The translations under genes and the position numbers were made by a program. Source: an uncultured Spirochaetota bacterium (GTDB lineage Bacteria > Spirochaetota > Spirochaetia > SZUA-6 > Fen-1364). Taken from it: 64,000 nt of DNA. Of the stretch, positions 22,801 through 37,800 are shown one piece after another; the first letter of the stretch is position 1, and every line of letters starts with the position of its first letter. The notes under the pieces are model-generated. The model saw only the letters and a program-made list of their open reading frames with translations. It had not been told where the DNA came from and made no database searches. The DNA is taken from NCBI GenBank assembly GCA_963745235.1, contig CAVUXE010000046.1, forward strand, positions 8,030 through 72,029, given 5' to 3'.

Positions 22801-25800
22801 TGGGGGCCGCGCTCGCGCTGAACCTCGTGGGCTGGAGTAGCCTCACGACCCAGGACGACATCCAGGTGGAGGCGTACCTCACGGGAAGCAGCGTGAATGC
22901 TGCCACGACGTTCACGGTTTCCGCCACCTCCACGCAGGCCATCACGGCGACCATCACGGCAACATCCGTTGCAGTCGGAGTGTCGGCAGACCCGGCGTAC
23001 GCGTTCTCCGTGGGAGCCTCTATCAGTGAGAACCAGGTGGCCGCCGACGTGTTTGCCTATGACGACGCCACCAGCTCCATCCAGGCAGGGGCCGGCGGGA
23101 TCAGCATCACCGCGGGGGACACCTCCTCCATCAGCACCGACACCCAGGCGGTGGCCGTGGCCGCCAACTTGAGCGGCGGGAGCGGCGGATCCCTCTCCAT
23201 CGGCCTCTCCCTGGCGCAGAACACCATCTCCAACAGCGTGCAGGCGTACCTGAGCAACGCCGCCCAGGTCCTCACCCCGGGAAGCCTCACGGTTTCAGCA
23301 ACCGAGTCATCCACCATCGACTCCACGGCCACGGCAGTGGCCGTTTCCGCGGGCATCTCAGCCGGCAGCTTCAGCTTTGCCGCAAGCGGCGCCGGCGTCG
23401 GGGCAACGAACGTGATCCTCATCTCCACCGAGGCCTACCTCAGCGCGAGCGCCGTAGGCAGCTCCGCCAAGCCGGTTGCCTCTGTTGCCATAACCTCGAC
23501 GAACAGCTCCTCTATCACGGCGGACATCCTGGCCGTGGCGGCGTCCGTGACCTTCGGCGGAGGCTCAGGGGTCGGAGTGGCCGTGGGCGTGGCGGTTTCC
23601 GAGAACCTGATCGGCTTCGACCTGGCCGGTGATTCACTTCCGGTGGTGGTGGAAGCACTGAGCCAGGACACGAGCATCGACTCGGTTGGCGCCCTGTCAA
23701 TTTCCGCGACGGCCAGCCAGACTATCACCGCGAGCGCCATCGTGGGGGCCGCCGCCGTCGCGGTCACGGGAAGCGGCTCTGCGGCGTTGAGCGGCGCTGG
23801 AGAGAGCGCTCTGAACGAGGTGCAGGTGGACACCACGGCGTCCATCGACGGCGCCGGAACAAACGGAGTTGCGGCGGCAACCGTTTCCGTGATGGCAACT
23901 GATACGTCCACGATTTCCCTGGACGCGGAGGGAGCCTCTGTTGCCGCTTCCGTCTCGGGAGACGGGTCCCTCGCGGCCTCCATCGGCCTGACGCTTGCTC
24001 AGAATGCCATCTACAACCAGGTGGCTGCCTCGATTGTAAACGCCGCAAGCGGAGTCACGTCGACCTCGGGAGACATCACGGTGGAGGCCAGTGAGAAGGC
24101 AACCATCACCGCCACGGCAGCGGCCGCTTCGGCGGGAGTCGGAGTTTCCGCCGGCGCAGGGGCCGCCCTGAGCGGGGCCGGCGCGGCAGCGATCAACGTC
24201 ATCCTCACAAAGACGGACGCTTTCATCGATTCGAGCATCGTGACGAGCGCGGGCGCCGTGACCATCCAGTCCACCGACACCTCTTCCATTACGGCGACTA
24301 TCGCTGCCGTTTCGATCTCCGCGGCCGTCGGTGCGGGAGCGGGGGTTGGCGTTTCCATCGGCGTGTCGGTGGCAAGCAACCTGATCGGCTGGAGCCCCGA
24401 CGCTTCCTGGTACCCCGGTGATGCCGGGGACATGACGCACAGCCCGGCCGAAGTGCAGGCTTGCATCCTCGACTCGAGCGTGAGCGCAACCGGCGCGCTG
24501 GGACTTACGGCGCAGGCAAGCGAATCCGTCACCGCGCAGGTGGTGGCCGGCTCCGCGGCGGTTGCCGCCGGCGGCGGTGCGGCGTTGGCGGGCGCAGGTG
24601 CCGGGGTGAGCGCCACGAACCTCATCTCAACCAATGTCAAGGCGTACATCGACGGAGACGGCACCGCGGGGATAGCGGCAGGAAACATCGGCCTCATGGC
24701 GGAGGACACCTCCACCATCAACGCGCTGGCAGGCGCGGCCGCGTTGTCGCTGTCCTTCTCCCCGAGCGCGGGCCTGTCCGTTTCCGTTGCGGCAACGATC
24801 GCCCAGAACAGCATTGAGAACACGGTGGATGCGTACATCCAGAACGCGGCTCAGGAAGTCCAGGCCACCGCGGGCAACATCATGGTCCAGGCCACCGAGC
24901 AGGCTTCCATCACCTCCCTGTCCGTGGCTGCCGCAGCTTCCTTCAGCGTGACGCCCGTGGGGGTATCCCTGGCGGGCGCCGGCGTCCAGTCCGCTGACAG
25001 CCTGGCGAACACGGTCCATGCCTGGGTTGAAAGCTCGTCAAACCTGACGGCCTCCGGCGCGGTCAGCGTCAGCGCGGGGGATACGGCAACCCTGGATGCG
25101 GAAGTGGACACCGCATCCATCGCGGTCGGGCTGACAGGGCTTGCGGTGGGAGACTCCCAGGCCTCCAACACGATCTCGGACAACGTCTCCGCCTTTGTGG
25201 ACGGCGCTTCCCTCACGGCGTCCAGCGGAAACATTTCAGTGACGGCGACCAGCACGCCGACAATCACCACCTCCACCACGGTCCTGTCCGTATCGGCGTC
25301 CATCGGCGGGGCGGGGGCGGGAGCTACCTCCATCACGACGATCAACGGGACCACGGAAGCCTCTCTGAATGGCGGCACTTTCACGGCGAAAGGCAACAGC
25401 GTCAGGGTGTCTGCCACCTCGAGCGCTTCGGTTGATCCAACCACGCAGGGGGCATCCGGCGGTCTTGTCAGCGTGGCGGTGATGATGTCCGACGCGGAAA
25501 TCCACGGGACCACGGAAGCCTTCGTGGGCGGATCCAGCACGGTCACGGCGAGCGGCCTTTCAATCACTGCAACCGACACGAGCCATGGGACCCCTGATAC
25601 CTCGGTGACGGGAGTCGGAGGACTCACGGGCGCCGGCGCGGAGTCCAAGACCGTGATCAGCCGCGCGGTGTCCGCGTTCATTGCTGACGCGGCGAACGTC
25701 TCAGTGGGATCCGGCGCCGTCTCCATAACCGCGACATCCGCCGACACGGCTGACGGCACAACCACGGGACTTTCCGGCGGCGCTATAGCCATCACGGCCC

Positions 25801-28800
25801 TCGTGGTGGACATGGAGCTGAACGGTTCCACGACCGCCTCCGTTGGTGACGGCGTGACTCTTTCCGCGGGACAGCTCACCGTGTCCGCCGGGGCCACGGA
25901 CGTTGTCACTTCTGATACCTCGGCGACGGGCATTGGCCTCGCCTCCGCCGCGGGAGTCACGCTGACGGCAAAGGACACCAGTGGCGTGGACGCCCACATC
26001 GGGCCGTCCTTCGGAACGCTTTCTGTGGGGACCCCGACAAGCGTCACCATCACGGGCGGCGGGGTGAGCCTCACGGCGGGCATGACCTCGAGCGTTTCCG
26101 CCACGGTCACAGCCACCTCGGTGAGCCTCGTTGCAAGCGGCGCCGGCACGGACACCACGGTGACCTCTTCCCCGACGGTCCGCGCGTATCTCGGAGACAA
26201 GGCCCACGTGAAGGCTGACGGTGACGTGCTGGTCAGCGCAACCGCGCAGGCAAGCGGCGTGGCGGCGGGCGTTGGTTTTGCCGGCGCCGGCGGCATTTCC
26301 GCGGCTGCGGAGACGGTGGACTCCACGGTGGACCCGACAGTTTCGGCATTCGCTTCCGGGAACGGCTCGGTCAGCGGAAGCAATGTCACATTCAAGAGCG
26401 TTCTCAACGTGGATACAACGGGAGCGCCCATCCTGCCGCTGGTCAACGGCAACGCGGTCGGTCCGGCGTACGCCACGGTGACCCTGGGCAGCCTCGGCCT
26501 CGTTGCCGGGGCTGCGGGCGCGAATGTCTCCGTTGACAACTCGCCCACGGTGTCGACCTACGTCGGAAGCGGCGCCACGGTGAACGCGGTTGGCGCGCTC
26601 ACCGTTGAGTCCGAGTCCTTCCAGCTTGCGCAGATCGACGCGCAGTCGCTGAGCGGCGGAATCGGGGTCGGCATCGGGATCATTCTTCCGACCGCGAGCG
26701 CAAACGGAAGCATTTCGGCGTATTTCGACGGCAACCTGCAGTCCGCCGGCAGCGCTTCGGTCCTGACCACGGTAACGGCGGGCACTCTTGCGGTGGGTCG
26801 GGCAGGCGGCGCCGCAGCCGGCGCGAGTGTCACCGACACGAGCATTTCCGCGACCACCTCGCCGAGCGTCAGCGCGGCAGTCGGAGCCAATGCCGCCATG
26901 ACGGCGACCAACGACATCGATGTCAGCTCGCTGGCCGTCACGAGCGCCTCTGCCACGGCAGACTCCATGGACTTCTCCTTTGGCGCTTCCGTCGGGGCGC
27001 TCAACGTGAACGCCACCGCGGATCCGCGCGTCACCGCGACAATCGGCGCCGGTGCGGTGGTCACGAGCACGGGGGGGAACGTGGCGCTCCTCGCGGGCAA
27101 CAACTATGACTCCACAAGCAGAGCCTTCATCGGCGGGGAAGGGGCAAGCGCATCCAGTGATTCCCTGGCGGCTTCCGCCGGCGTGAGCGTCGGTGACACG
27201 ACCGTGGACGCCAGCGCCGGCGCAACGGTCAACGCCACTGTCCAGTCAGGGGCGACAATTCGGGCAGCGGCAGGCCAGGTGTCGACGCTTGCCGAGTCCA
27301 GCAATCTCGCCCAGGCTGTCAGCGCTGACTCCGGCGGGGCGGCGCTCAGCGTCAGCCTGACGGACGTGACCGCACAGGCCCACGGCGCCACCACCGCTGC
27401 TCTGCTGGGGAACGTCACCAACGCTGACGGGTCCGCCGGTGCCACCACTGTGCTCGTGACGGCGAACGCAGCCGACGACGCGAGCGCTGGCGCGGACTCC
27501 AGCAACGGCGGAGCCATTTCCGTGGGAAGCTCCAGCCTCAACGCCACCACGGATCCAACGGTCCTTGCCGAGGCGGGCGGAACCATCCAGGCCAACGGGA
27601 ACGTGACCATCCAGTCGTTCTCCGCAACGGATGCGCATGCAACCTCGCAGAGCTCATCCGGCGGAGCGGTCGACGTCACGACCTTGAAGGCAAGCTCCAC
27701 GGTGAATCCAACGGTGAGCACAACGGTGGACCCGTCCGCCGTTATTGACGCGGGCGGAACGCTGACCATTTCCTCCACGCAGGGAGGGCTGCCGCCCGTC
27801 TACTCGGACGGCACGTTCAACGCGGGCACTGCCGTCAATACCCAGACAGACACGATCAACCTGGGCGCTCCCACCGGCCTTCAGACGGGGGACACCGTGA
27901 TCTACAGCGCCGGGACCGGCAATGTGGCAATCACCGGGCTGGTCAACGGCCGCACCTACGGAGTCATCGTTCCCATGGACTCCCTGGGCGCGCCTCAGCC
28001 AAACGCGCTGCAACTGGGGGTATCCTTCAATTCCTCACAGGCCGCGGCGCAAGTGAACCTGGTGAACGACACCATCACCTTCCCGGTGGCCCACAACCTC
28101 CAGACGGGAGACCTGGTGGTCTACCGCGCCGGCAGCGGCAACGCGGAGGTCGGCGGCCTGAGTGACGGAACCACATATGTTGTGCAGGTGATCGACAGCA
28201 AGACCATCAAGCTCCTCCCCCAAAGCCAGCCTTTTGCTCCGTTGAGCTTTACCGGGGCGGATTTGGCGAACAACACGATCACGATCACCGGGAACGGGTT
28301 CGCGGACGGCCAGGCAGTGACATACAGTGCGCCGCAGGCCACGACGTTCAACGCCTCCGTGGTGAACGTGGTGCTCACCAGCGGGGTGCTCACATCGTCC
28401 CCCGCGGCATACGACATTTTCATCGGGACGAGCAATCCTTTCCGCGCGGGAGACGAGGTCATCTATACCGCCAGCGGCACCCCGATAAACGGGCTCGTGA
28501 GCGGCAACCGCTACTGGGTCATCTACGATCCGACCAACCCGGACTTCATCCAGCTTGCGGCAAGCTACGCGCAGGCCGTGGGGAGCCCAGGAGATCCCAG
28601 CGCCAACCCGCCTGTGGCCGCCACGGCCCCGACGCCCATCCAGATTTCCGCGTCCACCGCGTCCGGCGCAAGCTCGGTCATTCATTCACTCCTGAAGGTG
28701 ACCGACCAGCCCATCGGAGGGCTGGTGGACGGGGTGACCTACTACGTGGCCAATGCGACCGCCAACACGTTCCAGCTCGCCCCGACTCAAAAGGACGCGC

Positions 28801-31800
28801 TGGCGGGGACGAACATCATCACGCTCGCACCGACGGATGCCGTGAGCGGGGTCGTCCTGAGCGGAACGAGCAAGATCGGGACGGACGGGGTGGACTTCAC
28901 GGCCTACGGGACGGGAGCCCAGGACCTGGTGATCAAGCTTACCTCCGTCGGGACGGGAACCCAGCAGCTCAAGGGAGTGGGGGGCGCCGCGGCGCTGGCC
29001 TCCGCTCCCACCGGTGACGGCGTGGCCACCGCCTCGGAGAGCAGCTCCGGCGGAGGGGCCATCCAGGTGGGCATGGCAACAGCCAGCGTGAGCTCGACGC
29101 CCACGGACGCGGTGACAGTGGGTGCCGGCGCCAGCCTCTCCGCCACGGACCTGAACGTCCTTGGAACCTCCTATGCGAACGTCTCCGCCTCTTCCGCCAA
29201 CGGCGGCGGCGGCGGGGTGGCCATCGGGGTTGCAACCGCCTCCGCCTCGGCGAGCAATGACGCAACGGTGTCGATCGATGACGGCGCCTCGCTCGCTGCG
29301 TCGCACGACATCACCGTCTCCTCCGACGCAATCGAGAATGCAAACGTCCTTGCCGGCACGAGCGGCGGCGGCGGAGTGGACTACGCAACGGCACGTGCCC
29401 TCGGGTCCGTCACCTACAGCTCGCAGGTCCAGATCGGCACCGGGGTGACCATGAAGGCAGGCAACCAGATCTCGGTCAGCTCCCTCAGCGACGTGAACGG
29501 GACCGTCGTTGCCTCCGCGGACGCCTCCGGTCTCGGGGCCAACGCCGATGCGAATGACACTTCCGGCCAGGGGCTTCTCATCGGGGCAAGCGGCTCGCCG
29601 GCGCTGACGGAGACAACCATCGCTTCCGGGGCTTTCCTGACTGCTCCGACAGTGGACCTGAACGCCACCGTCACGGGGATGAACGCCTATGAGCAGTCGA
29701 GTGCAAGCTCTTCCGCGCTCGGGGCCAGCACCACCGCGCAGGCCAACCTCGTAATCTACGACACCGCTGAGGTCGTGTTCGGGAGTGACGCCTCCGTCCT
29801 TGGCTCCGTCGTATCGCTGCAGGCGCAGCATGAGAACATCAACGCGGTGGCGGAAGCGGATGCCAGCAGCTCCGGCCTCGGGGCGGACACCACGGCGAAC
29901 GCGAATACCGATTACGAGAGCCTTTCCCAGGTCCAGACGCAGGCCGGGTCCAGCCTTGCCGGTGGAAACGTGACAGTGAACGCCGCGCAGGGGATATCGA
30001 GCTACGCGAGGGTCACCGACCAGAGCCCTGCAACTTTCGACTCCGGCGGCACGAACCAGACCGGCAACTTCAACGCCCAGCGGAACGTGACCCTGGACGG
30101 CAATATCTCGCTCCTTGCAAGCCCTGACCCTGTTCTCCTCATCGACGGGAACGGCAAGATCGTGCAGGCAGTCGATATCACAGTCAACGGCGGACTGGGG
30201 CAAGGGGCCACGGTGAGCGGGCCGACCATCTCGGTTGATCCAATCACCGGGGCAGGCTCAACCTCTGGGACCGCCCTGGTGGAAACGAACACTCTCGGTT
30301 CCCTTGATGGGATCACGCCGCCGGCGGGCACGGTGACAGGCTCAGGTGGGATCGTAAACGTCCGGGACACATACAACTCGATCACCATCACGAACCTTTC
30401 CAGCATGCCGCTCGTCCTCAACGGCATCAGCGTGGTGACGAAGCCCCAGGGGGCGGGCATCACGATCGCCAGCCAGGATTCTTCAGGGCTTACCTTCGCG
30501 ATTGCCCACGATATCGGTCCGACGGCCATCAGCATCCAGAACAAGGGGACCTCCGATCTCACGATAGGGGGGTTGATCGACAACCCCATCGGAACCACCG
30601 CCATCAGCAGCCTTGGGTCGATCCTGAACGGGACGGGAGGGGTCATCCTGACCGACAATCTCCAGATGAACGCGGCGAGCGACATCGGGTCGTCGGCCAG
30701 CCGCCTTGAAGTCCAGCTCGTGCTGAGCGCCGGCGCGCCGACGGGGCTTTCGGCAACCGCGGGCGGCAGCATCTTCCTCGACCTCACGGGACGGGTGCGC
30801 GGGACGGGGGTGACCCAGACGACGTTCGCCCTGGGAACAATCTCCGCCGGAGGCGACGTGGATCTCCTCATCCAGCCCAGCGTGAAGGACGGCGGTCCCA
30901 CGGGGAACGGCAACGGCGGCCTGGTGGTCACCGTGAACAACGGAACCACGATCACCAGCGTGGCGTACTACGCGTTCTACCAGCCTGACCCGAATCCTCT
31001 CGTGACGGCCCCCCTTGATCCCCGTCTCTTCGCGGACACGAGCAACCCCGTGCAGGTAGCAAGCCTGTACACGTTCGTGTCATTGACGGCCGGGGGAAAC
31101 ATCAGGGTGAATGCCGCGGGCTCGGCGCCCGCTGACACCATGGTCAGCCTCAGCGGCGGCACGGACCTCCTGGGCACGGGGTCCATCACGGTGCTGACCA
31201 ATGGGAACATCAGCCTCACCGAGACAAGTGGAGACCTGCGAATCAACTCGATCGAGTCCACCGCGGCGGACGTTGCCCTCAGCGTCATCGGCAGCGGCGG
31301 GTCGATCTATGACGTCGCCGCTTCTGACGGAGCCACCCCCTGGGTCATCGGCAACAACATCACGCTGGCATCCGCGGACGGCGCAATCGGGAGCCTCACG
31401 AACAGGCTGGAGATCGACTCCGCGTACTCTGCCGCCGGGAACCTGACCGCCAGCGCAAAGGATGGAATCTTCATCACGGAGACCTCGGGGGACCTGAACA
31501 TAGCCACGGTGGGGTCATTGGACGGCAACGTGATGTTGGACGTTCTCAGCGGCTCGCTTCTTGACGGCGTCGGGGGCGCGGTTGCGAACATCCAGGGCGC
31601 CAGCCTGGACCTGAGGGCTTCCGGCGGCATCGGGACTGCCGGAGACCCGGTGCGGATTGACGGCGGGGGAAGCAATGAGCTTGCCCAACCCGATCCGGCG
31701 GTCTCCATCCTGCCCGCAATCCCCGGGCCGGGCAACCTCTACGCCAGCGCAAGCAGCGGCGTGTACCTCACCGAGGTGAGCGGCGGGGCCAGCGTCCTGT

Positions 31801-34800
31801 CGGTGACCACCACGTCGGGTGACATCTCGCTGACGGTTCTCGACACGGTCACTCCGGGAGAAAATCTCGATCTCCTGGCAAGCGGAACCACGCTTGACGG
31901 AACCGCGGTGCCCGCTGGATCGATCAGCGCGCCGGGGGCCGTGACCCTGAACGTGGGTGACAACATCACCATCCCCGCCGGGTCCGCCGTGACCAGCCAG
32001 GCGTCCGTGACACTGAGCGGGGATGACTTCCCGACGAACCCTGATCCGAACGTCGGATCGATAATCACGATTGCCGGCTCTGTGAGCGCCCCCACCGTGA
32101 CGATCAACGGCGGCCCGGACCTGGACTTCATCCAACTTCTGAACCCCGCGGGAATCAACACGGTCGGGACCACGACCATCAACGGCAACGGCGCGGATGA
32201 CCGCGTGTTCATCGACGCAATCGCCGGACCGACCACCGTGGATCTGGCCTCGGGGGCGGGCAGGGTGTACGTGGCCGGCAACGCCTCCATGGACCTTTTC
32301 ACGGTCAATGGCATCTACGCCGACGGCACCACGGACAACCCGCTGGATATCGTTCCCATGACGCTCCTGTCCGGCACTCTTGCCAACATCGCCTCCACCC
32401 TCACCATAGACCTGGGGACCGGGGGCAACCAGGGAAGCCTCCCCTCGATCTATGTGAGCGCCGCCGGGGAGAGCTCCTCGGTGACCGGCACGCTGGATGC
32501 AGGCACCATCACCGGCCTGGGGATGCCGGCAGGCGGCAGCATTGCGTACAGCGTGCAGGCAGGGGCGTACATCTATGTCGGCTTGAGCGCATTCGATGAC
32601 ACATTCTCCGTCACGGGGATCAACTCGAACGTTGCCGCTTTCATCTACGGTGGCGCTGGAAACGACACGCTGAACGTCGGAACCGCCGGTGGTCAGCTCA
32701 CCGGTCTCGCCGGGATCGTGGCTTTCTTTGGAAACGCGGGAACCAACACGCTGAACGTGTACGGGGACGCCTCCACTGACCCCGGTCAGCTCTCCGCGCT
32801 GTCCCTGACGGGGATGGGCATGGGAACGAACCAGCTCATCACCGTAGACAACGGCATGTTCGGCGCCGGCTACTCGCTCAACCAGGCTTCCTACCCCGGG
32901 GCCATATACTTCGCGGTGCGCACCCTTGTCCAGGGCAGCCAGGTCTATACATCCACCGTCCAGTCCATCAACATCTCCCTGGACAACGGCGCCAACTCCT
33001 TTGCAATCGACAGCACGCTCGCCGGGGCCACCTCCACGATCTACGGCGGAACGGGCTCAGACGTGTTCACCGTGGGGACCACGGAGACCGGGCTCCAGCC
33101 CAACTCTCTGCACAGCACGGACTTCATTGCCCGGAGCGCTCATCATTACGGGCACGGGAGGAAGCGATTCCCTGGTGGTGGACGACTCTGGTGAGAGCGT
33201 CCCCGCGGTAGGCACGCTGGAGGCAGGCAGCGTCACCGGACTCGGGATGAGCGGGTCCCTGACTTTCAGCGGGATCAGCTCAGTTGAAGTGGACCTCGGG
33301 GCCGGAGGCAACACATTCTACATCGCTGCGGTGCCAGCCGGAATCACGGCAACGGTCAATTCCGGAAGCGGATTCGACACCGTCTCTGTCGGGACCACCC
33401 CGGGAAACGAGAGTGCAGGCTCGCTGGACTCCATCCAGGGGACGCTGCTCCTGAGCGGGCAGGACCCGCAGACGGGCAACACCCTCTTCCTGAACGACCA
33501 GGGCAGCACAGCGGCGCAGACCTACACGATCAGCAATTCCCTCGGAACCCCGGTGACTCTTACGGGCGGCGAGTCCTGGTACTTCGACACCACCACGGTG
33601 GCCCGGACCGGAATGGGCACTCTCATGTACCAGCGCTTCGAGACGGTGGTGCTGAACGCTTCCCAGGGAGACAATACGATCAATCTCCAGGGGACGCAGC
33701 GCGAGCAGGACCCCAGCGGCGGCCACAGCTCGGTGTTCGTCATCAACACGGGAAGCGGCAACAGCACGATCTACGTGGGCACGCCCGTCTCCGGCGGGTA
33801 TTCCCTGGACGGCTTCGCCATCGAAAGCGGGACCAATCCTCCCGCGGCCTCTGATCCGCGTGGCGTCCCGGTCATCATCAACGGCCAGGGCGGGTACGAC
33901 GTTGTCCAATACCTGGATACCGCGGAGACGACCGCCGAGAACCTGGCGTTCGTCACGAAGAGCTTCGCGGACCTCTTCCCGGGAAGCGGGCCGGGCGGAG
34001 CCTCGCCGACATGGCTTGCGCTCTTCACCCAGATTTTCGGCGGGGACCCGACCTCCGCTCCGTATGACACCATCGCTCTCTCCCTCGCCGGCCAGACCTC
34101 GGCGGTGAACATCTCCGCGCGGGGCATCGGAAGCATCAGCTTCTCCCTTGGCAACGGGAACAATATCGTACAGCTCACCTCGGGCGTATACGCCTACGAC
34201 ATCACCGTCTACGGCGGCGCGGGAAACGACACTTTCAACGTCGAAAACGGCGTCAACGACGCGGGCCACATGATCACGCTGAACGCCGGCGGAGGCAACG
34301 ACCTGCTCTTCGCCGACTTCACGGACGGTGTCCCGGCAGGAACGGTCTTCGTCACGTTCAACGGCGGGACCGCGGCGGCCGCAACCCTTCGCATCGAAGG
34401 AGACGGGGTAACCTCGGGCGGGCAGTTCACTCCGTCCGCCACCGTGGCGAATGCCGGGGTGATCACCGTGGCCGGCAACACGTTTTCGTTCACGGGGGTC
34501 GGGCCGATGATCGTCGACGGCCTGCCGGACTTCCAGGTCATCACCCCGAACAACCCCGCCGACGTCACGGTTGGCACCATTGCCGTCGCGGACCTGAACC
34601 TGAGCGACATTACGCTCCACGTCCTCACGGTGAACGGCGTGGTCTCCTGGACGCAGGAGTCCAAGCTGGTCGTTCCGGATGCGCTGGATACGGTGAACTA
34701 CGGCGAGTCGGTTGCCATGAGCGGGAACACGCTCGTGGTGGGGGCAAAGCTCACGGATCAATCCCTTGGCACCGTGTTCGTCTACACCTGGAACGGCTCC

Positions 34801-37800
34801 GCGTGGGTGGAGCAGGCAAAGCTCTACCCGGAGGACAGGTTCCAGGGGGGCGGATTCGGTTTCGGTGCCTCAGTGGCGATCGCGGGGAACCTGCTCGTGG
34901 TTGGCGCTCCCCAGGACAACTCAGCGGGCACGGACTCCGGCGCCGTCTACGTGTTCACCCTGTCGCCGGACGGCGCCTGGCAGCAGACCGCCAAGATCAC
35001 GGCCCTGAACGCCTCCGCGGAGAGCGATTTCGGAGAATCGGTAGCGGTGTCGGGATCTGAGATCGATTGTGGGAGCCCCCGCTGTGAACGGCGGCAGGGG
35101 CGCGGCCTACTTCTTCGTGAATCAGGCGGGAACGTGGTTCCAGCAGCAGGAAATCGCGGGAACGGGCGCATTCGGAACTTCGGTGGGGATCAACGGCGCA
35201 ACCGCGGTGGTGGGAGCTCCTGGCGCCGGCGGCATCGGGGAGGCGATCGTCTATAGCTTCCGAAGCTCACTGTGGAATCCAAGCCAGACCCTGACTCCTT
35301 CCGACCCGCAAGCGGGGGAGGGGTTCGGATCTGCCGTGGCCATGGACTCAACGGATATCGTGGTTGGTTCGCCATTCTGGACAAACGATCCCGCGAGCCC
35401 CTCCAGCGCCACGGAAGGCGGCCGGGCATTCATCTTCGAGCTTTCCAGCGGAACATGGATCCGGATGGCGCGGCTCACGGCCCAGGACGGTCTGCCTGCA
35501 AGTGAAGCCCCTCTTGCCGGTGCCAAGGGAGAGCAGTTCGGAGCCGCGCTTTCCGTGAGCGGAAACTGGGTGGTCGTGGGCGCGCCGCAGTACCAGGGAA
35601 CTTCTACGGGGCAGGGCGAGGCCTATGTCTTCTACCGTTACACCGATCCCACCACCACCCTCGGCCCCACCTGGGTGCGCTCCACCGGCGGAACAGGAAC
35701 GGGCAGCATAGGCGAAAACCTGCCTGCCGGGGGGGACAACTTCGGCGCGGCCGTGGCTGTCAGCGGAGATCTCCTGGTTGCCGGGATTCCCGGCGTCACC
35801 CAGACGGGTCGTCTGAACGTCGGGGCCATCCTGACGTTCCAGACCAACGGCATAGTGCCGTCAGCCGCTCAGGCGAACCTCGAGGCAGAGATCATCAACC
35901 CGGCGGGCGCCGGAGGCAGCCTGGTCACATTCTATGACCCGACGCTTCGCATGCTCTTCGTGGGAAATCCGACGGCTGGAACAGTCCAGGTCTATGTGAA
36001 TGAAGACCTGTATTGGAGGCCCACCGCGCAGGGGAGCCTGGGCGGTCCTTCGAGCTTTGGAACTTCAATTGATGAGCAGGGCGGGCACCTCGCCGTTGGC
36101 GCTCCGGGCGTAGATACGGTGTACCTCTACGCCCAGTCCGGCGAAAGCTGGTACCCGTACCAGACCTACAAGGGCCAGAGCGGATCCCAGTTCGGTGCCT
36201 CCGTGGCAATCAGCGGCTACAAGCTGGTGATCGGCGCCCCGAACGCTGCCGTGCAGTATTCGTCCGTAGGCCAGGCCAGCTCGGGCTACTCGATATCGTT
36301 GGGGAACTCCGGGGCTGCGTTTGTCTGGGACATCAGGAACGGACCGAGCTCCAATCCCACCCTCCTCATGCCCTACGACTCGCTCCTGCCGTACAACACC
36401 ACGGCCTACGACCCCTACTACGTGGCACCCATTAGCGGCTTCGGTCCCGGGGAGGTCGCCTTCCGGATCTACGACGGCAGCACATGGTGGACGGTGGGCA
36501 ACGGTCCCGGCACCTACAACCTCCTGAGCTACACCTCCTCCCAGGGCGGACTTGGCTTCAACACGGTTGCGGTCCTGCTCTGGCCGAGGACCTCCGTGAC
36601 GGTCATCTCTCTCGGCGGGTCCCTCAGCATCTCGAACTACAGCTATTACGGCACGTACGAGGTGGATTTCTCCGGCAGCAACTCCTGGATCCGCAACGCG
36701 GCTGTGGCGTTCGTCTCCAGCGCTCTCGGCCCGATCTCCACGACACCCATCGACTTCAACGTATTCTCCGGTCTTGCGGGCACGCAGTGGGGATCCAGTG
36801 TCGCGATCGTGGGCAACACAGTCGTGGTTGGGGCCCCCGGAGTCGGGACCCTGCGCATTGAGTTCGAACCCGACGACGGCGGCCTTATTCTCGGCAACCC
36901 CCTGGTCGGCAGGCTCGCCGTGTACAACCTGGCATCGTCGCCTGACTATCACTGGTCCGCGTCGGCCGGCGGCTTCGGATCGAGCTATCCTTACATCCCC
37001 GCCTTCACGAGCGACTTCCCCGGAAGCGGCGCGCAGCTGGCCTTCATGGATGCCAGCCACTTCTTCGCCTCCACGACGACTGGTCTCGTCATTCCCTACG
37101 TCCTGGCGAACGGTTCCTGGTCTGAACAGACCGCGTTGAGCCTCTCGGGAGTCGGGAGGAATGACACCCTGACAGCGAGCGGCGGCGTGGTCCTGGCGGG
37201 CTCACCGGGGAATGACTCGGGAGCCGGTGATGCAGAGACTTCGTCCGGCCTGACCCTGCTTCCCTACACGTTGAGCGGGAACAGCATGGTCGTCGTGACG
37301 AGCCAGGCCGGCTTCGGGTACGGTCCCGTGATAGCGAGCTCGGGCGACTACCTCGTTGGTGATGCTTCTGGAGTCCTCTACAACTTCCGCCAGCAGGGCC
37401 CGGGCTGGATGCCGTTGGGGACACTGGTGCCCAATCCTCCGCCGACAGCAAAAGTCGGCTCGAGCGTGGCAATAGACGGCATGCTGACCGTGATCGGAGC
37501 GCCGCAGTACGACAACCGCGGAGCCGCTTTTGTGTTCACGATTGGCAATGGCTCGACTCCCGGAACCTACACGTGGACCTACGATGCCCTGCTCCAGTCG
37601 GATGACGCTCGGGAGGGAGACTCGTTTGGAGCATCCGTCGGAATCAGCGGCACCACCGTCATCGCCGGAGCCCCGGGCAGATCAGGCGGAGCGGGCGCGG
37701 TCTACATGTTCCAGGAGATCGGCGGCCACTGGGTCCAGGTCGGGGGAGCAATCGTTCCCTCTGACGCCGGCGCCGGGTCCCGCTTCGGATCTTCGGTGGC

